This document shows positions 20,035 through 32,285 of a DNA stretch of 64,000 nucleotides, piece after piece. The translations under genes were made by a program, and so were the position numbers. The stretch lies in the NCBI GenBank assembly GCA_963748895.1, contig CAVVKF010000001.1:480983-544982 (forward strand), given 5' to 3'. Positions within the stretch are counted from its first letter, which is position 1. The number at the start of each line of letters is the position of its first letter. A model generated the notes under the pieces. It searched no databases and was not told the origin of the DNA. It saw nothing but the letters and a program-made list of their open reading frames with translations. The DNA is from an uncultured Solirubrobacterales bacterium. GTDB taxonomy: Bacteria; Actinomycetota; Thermoleophilia; Solirubrobacterales; Solirubrobacteraceae.

Positions 20035-22008
20035 ATGGGTTCGGGAGAGGTTCACGTCGACCGGATGAATACGCCGCCGCCGGCGCAGGCGTCGTCCGCG
20101 GTCGATTCTGAGCAGCTGCGCCGCCTCGGTGAGGCGCTCAGCGCGCGCACCGACGACGTGGTCGCGGGGATCCGCCGACGCTCCGAGAATTCGGGACCCA
20201 CCCTCGACGCCGCCGTCGAAGACAGCTTCGTGCGCGTCGGTACGGTCTCCACGCTCGCCGTGGCCCGCTGGATGGCCGGCGAGGGTCCCGTCGTGGCGCG
20301 CGAGGTCGGGCAGGAGTCCTGGCGAATCTTCGGTCATCTGGCCGCCCAGCGCGAGGCGCCGCTGAACGAGGTCACCAAGCGCTGCCTGCGCTGGCGCGAC
20401 GCGGCCGACGAAGTGCTGCGCGAGACGGCGGAGCAGCTCGACGTTCCAGCTGACGTGCTCGCCTGGGCCTTGGGCATGCTGCAGCGCAGCCTCGACGTCA
20501 CGCTCGTGCGGATGTGCCAGTCCTTCGAGTCAGAGCGTCGGCGCTCCCACGAAGAGCTCACCCGCCGCCAGGAGGAGCTCGCGTTCCTGGCGACCCACGA
20601 TGCCCTCACAGGGCTGCCCAACCGCACGCTGATCCTCGACCGCGTCGAGCAGATGCTGGTGCGCGCGCGCCGCAGCCAGACGCCCGTCGCCGCGCTGTTC
20701 GTCGACGTCGACAACTTCAAGACGATCAACGACACGCTCGGCCACGGCATCGGCGACGAGCTGCTGCGGGCCGTCGCCGCGCGCCTGGACGGCGTCGTGC
20801 GTGACATCGACGCGCTCGGGCGCCTCGGCGGTGACGAGTTCGTGATCGTCGCCGAAGGGATGTCGTTGGACTCGGGTCCCGAGATGATCGCCGAGCGTCT
20901 GCTCGAAGCGCTCAAGCAGCCCTTCGAATTGGACGGGGCCGAGCAGAGTCGTTTGACCGTCACGGCGAGCATCGGCATCGCGGCCGGCGATCGGGTCTCT
21001 GCCGAAGAGCTGCTGCGCGACGCGGACATCGCGATGTATCGCGCCAAGTGGGACGGCAAGAACCGCTACGTCGTGTTCGAGTCTGGCATGCAGGACGCGG
21101 TTCAGAGCCGCATGGAGCTCGAAATGGATCTGCGGGTCGCCTTCGAGAACGACGAGTTCTTCCTCGTCTACCAACCCACGTTCAACCTCCAGGAGATGAC
21201 CCCGACCGGCATGGAGGCGCTGATTCGCTGGCGCAGCCCCGTGCGCGGCGTCGTGCAGCCAGATGACTTCATTCCGCTGCTCGAAGAGACCGGCCTGATC
21301 TGCGAAGTCGGCGCGTGGGTGCTGCACGAGGCCTGCCGGCAGGGCGCCGCCTGGCGGCGCAACGGTTATCCCATCGGCATGGCCGTCAACGTCTCCGCCC
21401 GCCAGCTCGACACCGACGAGTTTGTGACCGAGGTGCGCGACTCGCTGGCTCAGAGTGGCCTGCAGCCAAGCGCGCTGACGCTCGAGATCACCGAGACGAC
21501 GCTGATGTCAAACGCCGATGAAACCGCGCGGCGGCTCGTCGCGATCAAGGAGCTCGGGGTAAGGATCGCGATTGACGACTTTGGCACCGGCTACTCGTCG
21601 CTCGCCTATCTCCAGCGCTTCCCCGTCGATGCCCTGAAGATCGACCGTTCGTTCATCTCCCGCGTCAGCCAGGACCCCGAAGGGGACACCCTGATCCGCA
21701 CCCTCGTCCAACTCGGCAAGTCGCTCTCGATCGAGACGCTCGCCGAGGGCATCGAGCAGTCGCGCGAGCTTTCACTGCTGAAGGAGGAGCACTGCGACTC
21801 AGGCCAGGGCTTCCTCTTCGCCCGGCCGCTAGACCTCGAAGCCTGCGACCTGTTCCTAAAGGATTGGATCGGCGGCTCTGCCTCACCGGACACGGATACG
21901 GACATGGACGCGGACGTCACGAATATCACCGCGCGCGCCTCCGATGGGCCGCCGGCCGCCCCGGATGTCTTCCGGGTCACCGTTGCTGACTTGCCTCCGT
22001 CCGCTTAG
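20035..22008 (+). CDS. Diguanylate cyclase/phosphodiesterase (GGDEF-EAL) with N-terminal helical sensor-like domain
   Basis: HDALTGLPNR, RxxD I-site, intact GGDEF, EALIRW, DDFGTGYSS, QGFLFARP. Confidence 0.93.
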   Translation: MGSGEVHVDRMNTPPPAQASSAVDSEQLRRLGEALSARTDDVVAGIRRRSENSGPTLDAAVEDSFVRVGTVSTLAVARWMAGEGPVVAREVGQESWRIFGHLAAQREAPLNEVTKRCLRWRDAADEVLRETAEQLDVPADVLAWALGMLQRSLDVTLVRMCQSFESERRRSHEELTRRQEELAFLATHDALTGLPNRTLILDRVEQMLVRARRSQTPVAALFVDVDNFKTINDTLGHGIGDELLRAVAARLDGVVRDIDALGRLGGDEFVIVAEGMSLDSGPEMIAERLLEALKQPFELDGAEQSRLTVTASIGIAAGDRVSAEELLRDADIAMYRAKWDGKNRYVVFESGMQDAVQSRMELEMDLRVAFENDEFFLVYQPTFNLQEMTPTGMEALIRWRSPVRGVVQPDDFIPLLEETGLICEVGAWVLHEACRQGAAWRRNGYPIGMAVNVSARQLDTDEFVTEVRDSLAQSGLQPSALTLEITETTLMSNADETARRLVAIKELGVRIAIDDFGTGYSSLAYLQRFPVDALKIDRSFISRVSQDPEGDTLIRTLVQLGKSLSIETLAEGIEQSRELSLLKEEHCDSGQGFLFARPLDLEACDLFLKDWIGGSASPDTDTDMDADVTNITARASDGPPAAPDVFRVTVADLPPSA

Positions 22009-22115
22009 AAACCTTCCTCTGGAACCGGAGGTTCTTGGCGCCGGCCCGCTAGGCTGCGCGGGGCTGGGTGGGCCCCAATCAGATCAGAGCAATCAGATCA
22101 GAGGAGACAAAATCG

Positions 22116-24134
<2,019 letters not shown>

Positions 24135-24183
24135 GGCGCGGAGCTACGCGGCGGGCCGGAGCGTCGCCCGAGGAGGACGACGG

Positions 24184-25329
24184 TTACGCGGCCGGCGCCT
24201 GCGTCAGCTGGGTCAGGTCGCGCTCCGGCGCGATCTCCCAGCGCGCGGCGAGCTCTCCGAGCTCATCGTCCATCCCCCAGCGGTCCGGCTTCGCCGGACC
24301 CTCGTGGTCGGGGTTTGCGCCCTTTAACGCCATGCTCCCGCTGTTGTCGCCGATCGTGCGCAGCTCCTCGACCTCGTCGGGGCTGAGTAAAATCTCCCCG
24401 GGCAGCGAGGCGAGCTCCGCGCGCTTGTCCTCGATCGGGCGCGCGTCCGCTCCGCTCTCCTGGATCAGCGTCGGCGCGACGCAGCGCACCGCCGGCTGGG
24501 AGAGGTTCCAATGGCACGCGAGCTGGAGCATGCTCAGCCCGTGCCGCTCGGCGTAGGGGCGCATCCGCTCGAGCTTCTCGTTCCCCGCCCGCACCCAGCC
24601 GTCGGGGCGGAACTTGCGGTGGTCATACTCCGCGAAGGAGTGCCCCGGCCTCACGTCGTCGTGGAACACACCGCCGTAGTCGACCACGCGTGTAATCAGG
24701 CTCACATCGTTGGCGGCGGCGGCGTCGAGCACCAGCTCACCCGGCCACGGCTCCATCGGTGAGAGGATCACCATCGCCCAATCGATCAGCTCCGAGAAGC
24801 GCTCGAAGCAGTCGATCAAATCGAGCGTGAACCCGTTGGCCGGTCCCGGCGCGACGCCGAGCGAGCGCGTCAGCCCCGCCGCGCGGACCGCCTCCATCTC
24901 CGCCCATACGGCATCGCTTGTGTAGCCCGTGCGATCGGGGTTGTGCAGCAGTAGCAGGTCGAAGCGCTCGGCGCCAAGGCGCTGCAGGCTGCGCTCGGTT
25001 GCCATCCGGATGTAGTCCCCGTAGTCGCGCTCTGCGCGCAGCTGCGGGTCGGTGAAGCGGGGAAAGCCCTTCGCCCCCTCGCGCTCGCCCTCGTAGAAGT
25101 CGTGTCCGATCGCGCCGATCAGGCAGTAGCTCTCGCGCTCGACTCCCGCCAATGCCTTCCCCAGCAAGCGGTCGGCCTCCCCGGCCCCGTAGGCGTCGGC
25201 GCTCATCACCGTGTCGATGCCTTCTCCCGGGCGCAGCAGTGCCTCCAAGCGGGAGTCGTCGAGCGGCTCGCCAAAGTGCATGAAGCGCCCCCCGGACCAG
25301 GTTCCAATCGCTGTGCGCGTGGGATTCAT
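24184..25329 (-). CDS. Aldo/keto reductase
   Basis: AIGTWSGG, ADAYGAG, SLQRLG..FDLLLLHNPD, QLAC.W.L. Confidence 0.8.
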   Translation of the reverse strand: MNPTRTAIGTWSGGRFMHFGEPLDDSRLEALLRPGEGIDTVMSADAYGAGEADRLLGKALAGVERESYCLIGAIGHDFYEGEREGAKGFPRFTDPQLRAERDYGDYIRMATERSLQRLGAERFDLLLLHNPDRTGYTSDAVWAEMEAVRAAGLTRSLGVAPGPANGFTLDLIDCFERFSELIDWAMVILSPMEPWPGELVLDAAAANDVSLITRVVDYGGVFHDDVRPGHSFAEYDHRKFRPDGWVRAGNEKLERMRPYAERHGLSMLQLACHWNLSQPAVRCVAPTLIQESGADARPIEDKRAELASLPGEILLSPDEVEELRTIGDNSGSMALKGANPDHEGPAKPDRWGMDDELGELAARWEIAPERDLTQLTQAPAA

Positions 25330-25337
25330 CGTAGGCC

Positions 25338-26126
25338 TTACTTTACGTGGCTGGGGCAGGGCACCGAGGTCCGTGCGCTCGCCGTGCTGCCGTCCACGAA
25401 GCCGAGCTCGGCGGCGAAGGGAAAACCCCCGCGGGGACAGCTGTCGGGCAGCAGCACCCCCCGGGGGTGGTAGGCGATCGTGCGACTGTGCACCCGTTCG
25501 TAGTAGATGATCCCCAGCGGCCCGAGCGTGGCGGTCAGCTGCACGACGGCGACGTCGGGAGAGTCGGGGAAGCTGGGCACGAGCGGCACGCCGATCTGCA
25601 CGCTCCCGCCGAATGGCGCGGCGGCGGGGAGCAGCATGCTGGGTAGCGCGATCTGGACGCCGATGGGGTTCGCGGCGGTGACGTAGAGCAGCAGCGCGAT
25701 CTGTCCGTTTTTATCGGGCGCGCGGAAGATCGACACGGGTGCGTTCTCGTGGACGATCTCCAGGCCGACTGGGAACTCCGCAATCGCGCTGCCGGTTCCC
25801 ATCACCGAGTCTGCGGGGCAGTGGTTGGGTCCAAAGGCTTCGACCCTCGCGGCGCTGCAGGTGGCAAGGCCCAGGCCGCTGGTGGCGACTCCGAGGTTCT
25901 CCGGGTAGCGCAGGTTGATCCCCGTCAACGGCGCCGGAATTTCGCCCGCGGGCGTTTCGATCTGAAAGCTGAAGCCGATCGTGGTGCCCTGACCGAGGTG
26001 CTCGGGTGTGAGCGTCGCGCCGAGCTTCACCGACTGTGTGGCCTCTGCCGCGGCCGGCGGGAAGACACACACGCAGGCCAGTAAAACGGCCAGGACAAGG
26101 TCTCTGGCCCGTCTCACCGCACTCAC
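25338..26126 (-). CDS. Secreted beta-rich hypothetical protein with paired cysteines
   Basis: Signal peptide; C..CP..S.MG.G and LP..CPRGGFPF...VPCP; start approximate. Confidence 0.6.
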   Translation of the reverse strand: MSAVRRARDLVLAVLLACVCVFPPAAAEATQSVKLGATLTPEHLGQGTTIGFSFQIETPAGEIPAPLTGINLRYPENLGVATSGLGLATCSAARVEAFGPNHCPADSVMGTGSAIAEFPVGLEIVHENAPVSIFRAPDKNGQIALLLYVTAANPIGVQIALPSMLLPAAAPFGGSVQIGVPLVPSFPDSPDVAVVQLTATLGPLGIIYYERVHSRTIAYHPRGVLLPDSCPRGGFPFAAELGFVDGSTASARTSVPCPSHVK

Positions 26127-26133
26127 CGCACTC

Positions 26134-26622
26134 TCAATACGAGAGCTTGCCGGTTGTCTGGACCGTGAGGTCGTAGTTCTTGCGGTCAAAGGTGCCGTAG
26201 AAGCCGCCGTGACCATGGGCGTGTGCGTAGCGGCCGGTGCCGCCGGTGGCGACGAGCGAGCCGGCGAAGCTTTCGTAGGTGCCGGAGCCGTGCGTCCTCC
26301 CCATCCCGCGGCCTGTGATCGTGCCGCCACTCGCGTAGATCGTGAAGTTGGCGGTCAGCGTCGCACCGATCGCCAAGTTGGCCTTCATGTTGCCCGGGAG
26401 CGTCCCGGAGGCTGTTCCCTTCTCGTGCAGCAGCGACCCCGAGCCGCTGGTGTAGTGCATGTCGGCCGTATCGGTGATCTTCAACGTTGCGGCCGCCTGT
26501 GCTGTGAGGGGGCGTTTGGCCCCGACTCCTCTTGCGGATGCGGGAGCCCCGACGAGCGCTATGGGAACGAGGATCGCCAGCAGCGCTACCCCTGCGGCCA
26601 CTGTTACCGATGATTTGACCAT
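26134..26622 (-). CDS. Secreted Gly-rich beta-barrel-like hypothetical protein
   Basis: Signal peptide; TGGTGRYAHAHGHG motif; TAGAAT 7 nt before ATG. Confidence 0.6.
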   Translation of the reverse strand: MVKSSVTVAAGVALLAILVPIALVGAPASARGVGAKRPLTAQAAATLKITDTADMHYTSGSGSLLHEKGTASGTLPGNMKANLAIGATLTANFTIYASGGTITGRGMGRTHGSGTYESFAGSLVATGGTGRYAHAHGHGGFYGTFDRKNYDLTVQTTGKLSY

Positions 26623-26688
26623 TGGGGCCATTCTACCCTTCCCGGGCTGCGGTGGCGACACATGCAGGGCGAGGCAGCGAGGGCAGTT

Positions 26689-29223
26689 CTACTCCTCCAG
26701 CGCAAGCGTCGGGGAGGTTCGCGCGGCCAGGAAGCCGGGGACGGCGACGAGCGCGAGCACGATCGCGATCACGAGCGCGAGCAACTCCAGCGGACGCAGG
26801 CCTGCGGTCAGGGTGACGATCGGAAAGCCCGTTACGTTGCGCAGGTAGCGGTCGATCACGACCTGGCCGTAGAGGCCGACGAGCGCGCCGGTGAGGCAGC
26901 CGGCACCGAGCAGCAGCATCGATTCGAGCAGCAGCAGCCTGCGCAGGCGGGCCGGTGTTGCGCCGGTCAGCCGCAGCTCGGCCAGCGCCACGCGCCGTTG
27001 CCAGATCGCCGAGGCGAGCGCGGTCGCCAGCGCGAGGATCGCGGCGATCGTGAGCAGCGTTGAGATCTCCCCGATCCGGCTGAGCCCGGCGTCGGCGATC
27101 ATGTCGAGCTGGCCCGCGCGCACCGTTGCGGTCGCGACTTCCAGCCCGCTCTGGGACCCCGCCGCCCCCCCGAGCGCGCGCATGATCGCCACGCGCACAC
27201 GCGCGGCGATCGCACCCGGGGCGAGCTGTACTCCGAGCGCGGTCGGCGCCGTGGTCTGCCAGTAGCGCCGGTAGTCGACGGCGCTCATGAAGATCACCCC
27301 CGGGCTCCAGACGAGCGTGGTCGTGATCGCGGCGACCGCAAAGCGGACGTTCCCGCTGGGGGTCGGCAGCGTCAGGCTGCCGCCGACGCCGACGTGATGT
27401 TCGGCGGCGATCTGCCGTGAGATGGCGACCTGACCGCCCGCGGCGAGCCGCGCGCTCGCGACGCCCGCGCCGGGAGCAATGACCTGGGTGCGCAGCAGTT
27501 CGCGCGCGCCGCCGGACGGGCGGGCGATGATCCACACGCGGCGACCGTCGAGGTCGAGGTAGCCGCCGAAGAAGGAGCGGACGGCGCTGACCCCGGGCAC
27601 GCGGGCGATCCGCGCGGCGTCGTCGCCGGGCAGGAAATCGGTGGTCCCCTGGTAGGCCCCCGGGGGGTTGACCCAGATGCTCGCGTCGGCGGTGTAGCTG
27701 CGCGTGAACCCACCGATCCCCTGCCGCAGGTCGGCGCGGGCGCCGCCGAGGGCGCCGCTGCCGAACAGCGCCACGGCGCCGGTGGTCGCGAGCGCGAGCG
27801 AGCGCAGCGTCGCGCCTCGCAGCGAGATCAGCGCGACCGGCAGCAGCGTCAGCTCCTGCCGGCGCGCGGCCAGTGCGCGTGTGGAGCGCAGCACAAGGCC
27901 GAGCGCTAGCGGGACCGTGAGCACGCACACCAGCGCGAGCGCCATCAGCGCGGCGAGCGACAGCGAGGACCATAGCGCGAAGGTGGCGCTCGCGAGCGCC
28001 AGCACGCCGGCGGCGGCGAGCGCCAAGCGCAGCTGGGCTCTGCGCCCGAGCGCGTCCCCCGAGGCGCCGTCGGCGAAGTGGGCGGTGTCGAGCGCCCGGC
28101 CGCCGCGCACCTCGAGCAGCGTCAGCGCCGAGGCCAGGCAGGTGGCGAGGATCCCGCCGCCGAGCGCCAGCACCAGCGGCCCCGTACCGATCACGGTGCG
28201 CGTGCCGAGCGTGAACGCCTCGGCGAGGTAGGCCGGCGATTGATGAAACGGCCCGACCGCCAGCGCATAGCCGGCGAGCAGCCCCACGAGCGAGGCGGCC
28301 AGGCCGAGGCACAGCGCCTGGAAGATCACCATCTGCACGACCTGCGCGCGCCGCGCGCCGAGCAGGCGCAGATCGGCGATCGCGTGGCGTCGCTCGGGGA
28401 CCGTCAAGAGGATCGCGTTGAACGCGAACAGGAAGCCCAGCAGCGCGCAGATCGCGGCGAAGAAGTCGCTCGACTGGTCGGTCGGGCGCAGCGCCTGGTG
28501 CAGCAGCGCGTCCTCTTCGTCGGCCGGCCCGACCGCGGTTTCCGGGCCGGCGAGCGCGCGCAGCTGCGCGCGTACTTCAGCTTCGCGCCCGGGCTTGGTC
28601 TCCACGAGGATCCGCGTGACCTTCTCCGGCAGCCCCGCGAGCGCCTGCAGACGCGCGAGTGCCATCACCGCCACCGGCGCGCTCGCCGGCGCGCCGAACG
28701 TCGCGTCATCCAGCACAGCGGTCACGTGCAGGGGTGTGACGCGCCCGCGCAGCTCCAGGGCGATCAGGTGGGGATCTCCGATCAGCCCGGCGGTGTGGGA
28801 GCTGAGGCCGATCCCGTTGGAGGAGAGGGTCGACAGCGGGATCGTGTGGGCGAGCCCGTCGAGCAGCGCGAGGCTCAGGTCCGCGCCGGCGATCTGAACC
28901 GTGGCGCGGTGTCCGTCCGGGCCGCGCACGCTCCCGGTCTGTTCGAGCAGCGGCGCGGCCTGCTTGACGCCGGGGAGCGCTTCGACGCGCGCGAGCACGC
29001 CTTCCTCGAAGCCGTCGCCGCGTGCGCGGAGCTGGAGGTTCGCGGGACCGATCACCGCGTGCACCACTTCGGTCGCGGAGCTCGCGATGCTGCCGTCGGC
29101 GACGGTGACAGCGAACAGCAGCGCGACGGCGATCGCGACCCCGAGACCGGCGAGCAGCTCCTGGGCCAGGTGCGCGCGCAGCCGCCGCCGGTAGAGGTAG
29201 ACGAGCGTGGTGGGCCGCATCAC
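26689..29223 (-). CDS. FtsX/MacB-like ABC permease (duplicated, 844 aa)
   Basis: Two MacB periplasmic + FtsX units (ERRHAIADLRLLGA, QRRVALAELRLTGA). Confidence 0.8.
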   Translation of the reverse strand: MMRPTTLVYLYRRRLRAHLAQELLAGLGVAIAVALLFAVTVADGSIASSATEVVHAVIGPANLQLRARGDGFEEGVLARVEALPGVKQAAPLLEQTGSVRGPDGHRATVQIAGADLSLALLDGLAHTIPLSTLSSNGIGLSSHTAGLIGDPHLIALELRGRVTPLHVTAVLDDATFGAPASAPVAVMALARLQALAGLPEKVTRILVETKPGREAEVRAQLRALAGPETAVGPADEEDALLHQALRPTDQSSDFFAAICALLGFLFAFNAILLTVPERRHAIADLRLLGARRAQVVQMVIFQALCLGLAASLVGLLAGYALAVGPFHQSPAYLAEAFTLGTRTVIGTGPLVLALGGGILATCLASALTLLEVRGGRALDTAHFADGASGDALGRRAQLRLALAAAGVLALASATFALWSSLSLAALMALALVCVLTVPLALGLVLRSTRALAARRQELTLLPVALISLRGATLRSLALATTGAVALFGSGALGGARADLRQGIGGFTRSYTADASIWVNPPGAYQGTTDFLPGDDAARIARVPGVSAVRSFFGGYLDLDGRRVWIIARPSGGARELLRTQVIAPGAGVASARLAAGGQVAISRQIAAEHHVGVGGSLTLPTPSGNVRFAVAAITTTLVWSPGVIFMSAVDYRRYWQTTAPTALGVQLAPGAIAARVRVAIMRALGGAAGSQSGLEVATATVRAGQLDMIADAGLSRIGEISTLLTIAAILALATALASAIWQRRVALAELRLTGATPARLRRLLLLESMLLLGAGCLTGALVGLYGQVVIDRYLRNVTGFPIVTLTAGLRPLELLALVIAIVLALVAVPGFLAARTSPTLALEE

Positions 29224-29304
29224 TGTCCTATGCCGCCCTGCGGTGCTGCACTCTGCCTTGCCCGGCCTTCCTCGCCTGGGCCGGCCGTCCTTGGCCCAAG
29301 CCGC

Positions 29305-30012
29305 TCACGCCCGCACGGCCGGCGCGCTGTCCTCGCTGAGTTTGCCGTCGCGTAGCGTGCAACGCCGGTCGGCGATCGCGGCCGCCTCCAGATCGTGTGT
29401 CACCAGCAGAACCGCGGCGTCGCGCTCGTGGGCAATCGAGTGCAGCAGCTCGATGATCTCGCGGCTACGGGCGCTGTCGAGGTTCCCGGTCGGCTCGTCG
29501 GCGAGGATCAGCCGCGGCTCGCCGGCCAGCGCGCGGGCGATCGCCACGCGCTGGCGCTCGCCTCCGGAGAGCTCACCCGGGGTGTGCTGCAGGCGATCGC
29601 CGAGGCCGACGCGCTGCAGCCACGGGATCGCGCGGGCACGGGCCTCGCGCATCCCGATGCCGCTGAGCAGCAGCTTGATCGAGGCGTTCTCGATCGCCGA
29701 GACGCGCGGCATCAGGTGAAAGCTCTGGAAAATGAAGCCGACGTCGCGCAGCAGGTAGTCGCTCGCCTGATTGGCTGTCAGCGACTCCAGGGCGCGTCCG
29801 GCGTAGCGGATCGAACCCTCCTCCGGGGTGAGCAGCGCGGCGATCAGCAGCAGCAGCGTCGTCTTGCCCGAGCCGCTCGGACCGTACAGCGCGACCATTT
29901 CACCCGGTGCGATTGTGAGGTTCACGCCATCGACCGCGCGCACCTCCTCGGCGCCGTGGTAGTGCTTGACCACGCGCTCCAGCTCTAGCCCTCCGGCAGT
30001 GTCCGCTCCCAT
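29305..30012 (-). CDS. ABC ATP-binding protein, LolD/MacB family
   Basis: GPSGSGKTT, GFIFQSFHL, LSGGERQRVAIARAL, ADEPTGNLD. Confidence 0.92.
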   Translation of the reverse strand: MGADTAGGLELERVVKHYHGAEEVRAVDGVNLTIAPGEMVALYGPSGSGKTTLLLLIAALLTPEEGSIRYAGRALESLTANQASDYLLRDVGFIFQSFHLMPRVSAIENASIKLLLSGIGMREARARAIPWLQRVGLGDRLQHTPGELSGGERQRVAIARALAGEPRLILADEPTGNLDSARSREIIELLHSIAHERDAAVLLVTHDLEAAAIADRRCTLRDGKLSEDSAPAVRA

Positions 30013-30069
30013 GGGGCGGACAGGCTATTGGAAGCTCAACGGGCCGGGATCACGAAGCGCCGTCCGGCC

Positions 30070-30968
30070 TCAGCTCCGTGCGAACCCCCCGGCCGTGCGC
30101 GCCCGCAGCGCGGCTTCCAGGCGCTCGAGCGCGTGGCGGACGGCCTCCTCGCCGGGCTCCGCGTCGTCGGTCATCCCATCGTGCAGGGCCCGCAACTCGT
30201 CCACACGTGGGGCGAGCGCCGGGTTGGCCTCTCTCGCCGAGCTCTCCGAGCGCGGCGGTCAGAGCCGCGTCCAGCTCGATCGTGGCGTGCTGCGAGGCGC
30301 CCGTGGTCGAGGTCGAGGCGCGCGCGCAGCGTTAGCTCCTCGCACAGCAGCTCCTCGATCGCGCGCGCCGAGCAGCTCCGCGAGGCGCTCCTGGGGGCGC
30401 AGCACGGCCGCGCGCCGCTTGCGTGCGCGGGGAGGCGCTCCAGGGCAGCTCGCGCGCGTGCTGCCACAGCCCGTCGGCCACCTGCTCGCCCTCGCCCCAG
30501 CCGGCCCGGATCACCAGCGCCTGGGCGGGGGCGACCTCGTGCGTGTGGGGGTCGGCGGTGGCGATGCGGTGGGCGAAGAGGACGCGGTTGAGCACTGTCG
30601 AGGGCCGCTTGCGTCTCGCGCTCGGCGTCGATCCCGGCCAGCCACGCCTGGGCCTGACGCTCGGCGGAGACGGACACCGGATCGACGATCGTCGCGCGCG
30701 CCGTGGCCACGGGGGCCGGGTCGGGCGTCGTCTCCCGCGGGCGGCGCGCACGGCGGGAGCCGACCCGCGGCAGGGTGATCGCCCCCAGCGCTGCGCCCGC
30801 GCGTCGCGGCGCGCCGAGCGTGCCTAGCACGACCACGCGCTCGGGCTGCGCCCGCCTCTGCCTCTGGGCCGGCCGCCTCCGCGCGTGCGCAGCAGGTAGC
30901 GCCCGTCGGGCGGGCCCGAGCTCCCAGGGGAACTCGAGCGCCAGGAACAGGAACAGGCGCTCGGGCAT
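30070..30968 (-). CDS. Hypothetical protein; several indels
   Basis: Coding-like segments in three minus frames (MPERLFLFL.., LVIRAGWGEGEQVADG, LLCEELTLRARLDLD). Confidence 0.5.
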
Positions 30969-30990
30969 GCTGCACCGTATCCTCCTTACG

Positions 30991-31494
30991 ATGTCCGATG
31001 CGAGCAATGCGACGAAGGGCCTGAAGGAGCGCCTGGCCGACGGGACCGAGGACAGGCTCGGCAAGGCGCTGAGCGGACCTCCTGGAGAACCCGCTGCTGA
31101 CCGGCGTCGCTCGGCGCGCGCGTTCGACGCGCGCGAGAAGGCCGCGCAGGCGCAGGAGGTCGCGATGGGCGCATTCAACATCCCCTCGGCCGCCGACATC
31201 GAACGGCTGACGCGGCGGCTGCGCTCGGTCTCGCAGCGCCTGGAGGGGATCGAGGATGGCGTGTACCGCCTGGACCGCGCGCTCAGCGGGCGCGGGGTCG
31301 ATGCCCGGCTGTCGGCGATCGAGGATCAGCTGGGAGCGCTCGCGAGCAAGCTCGGCCAGGCCGCAAAGCGTGCCCCCGGCGCGAAACCCAAGCCCGCCGC
31401 CAGGGCTAAACCGGCCGCCAAGGCTAAAGCGGCCGCGAAGGCGAAAGCGGCGACGAAAGCGAAACCGGCCAAAGGCAAACCCAAAAAAGCCTGA
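30991..31494 (+). CDS. Phasin/PhaF-like protein with histone-H1-like AKP-rich tail
   Basis: NIPSAADIERLTRRLRSVSQRLE coiled coil followed by AKPKPAARAKPAAKAKAAAKAK repeats. Confidence 0.55.
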   Translation: MSDASNATKGLKERLADGTEDRLGKALSGPPGEPAADRRRSARAFDAREKAAQAQEVAMGAFNIPSAADIERLTRRLRSVSQRLEGIEDGVYRLDRALSGRGVDARLSAIEDQLGALASKLGQAAKRAPGAKPKPAARAKPAAKAKAAAKAKAATKAKPAKGKPKKA

Positions 31495-31498
31495 GCGC

Positions 31499-32259
31499 TC
31501 AGACAGGGAGCGCGGCGACGGCCACCGCCCCCATCGCTTCGGCCGGCCGCGAGCAGGGGCATCGTCGTCGATGTGCGTGCGCGCGTCGAAGGCGTCGAAC
31601 GTGTCGGATACGACCAAGACACAGGCGACGGGTACCGACGCGGCGGCCCCGACGGCGAACAGCGAGGCGGCCTCCATCTCGATCGCGAGCGCGTCGGCGC
31701 GGATGGTTCCGGGCGCGCGAGGTCGTAGAACAGGTCGACGCTGACGATCGCGCCGACGTGGATGCGGCGCATCGAGGAGCCGACCCGCGACCGGCCGGCC
31801 CGCGGCGAGCGCCTCGGTGAGCGTCGGGTCCGCCGCGACGCGCTCACCCGCGCCGAGCGCTCGGGAGGTGCCGTCGGCGCAGATCGACTCGCGCGCGACG
31901 ACCAGGTCGCCGAGCGCCAGGCCGGGGGCGAGCGCACCGCAGGTGCCGACGCGGATCAGGCGCCGGGCGCCGAGGGCGATCAGCTCGGTCAGGACGATCG
32001 CCGCCGAGGGGCCGCCCATGCCGGTGGACTGGATCGTCAGCGGCTCGCCGTCGGCGCGCGCGGGGCCGGTGTAGCCCCACAGGCCGCGGTGGTGGTTGAA
32101 CATCAGCGGCTTGACGAGCAGCGTCTGCGCGAGCGCCAGCGCGCGGCCGGGGTCGCCGGGCAGCAGCACGCGCTCGGCCAGCGGGGCGGTGGGGTGCAGG
32201 TGGATCGCCTGGGGATACGCCGGCGCGGAGGGGTCGGGTGCGGGCTCAGGTTGCGACAC
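31499..32259 (-). CDS. deoD: Purine nucleoside phosphorylase (DeoD-type); indels in the 3' half
   Basis: VLLPGDPGRA, RGLWGYTG, STGMGGPSAAI, IRVGTCGAL, IEMEAASL. Confidence 0.8.
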
Positions 32260-32285
32260 CGGCCGCGACTTTAGACTCCCGCGCG

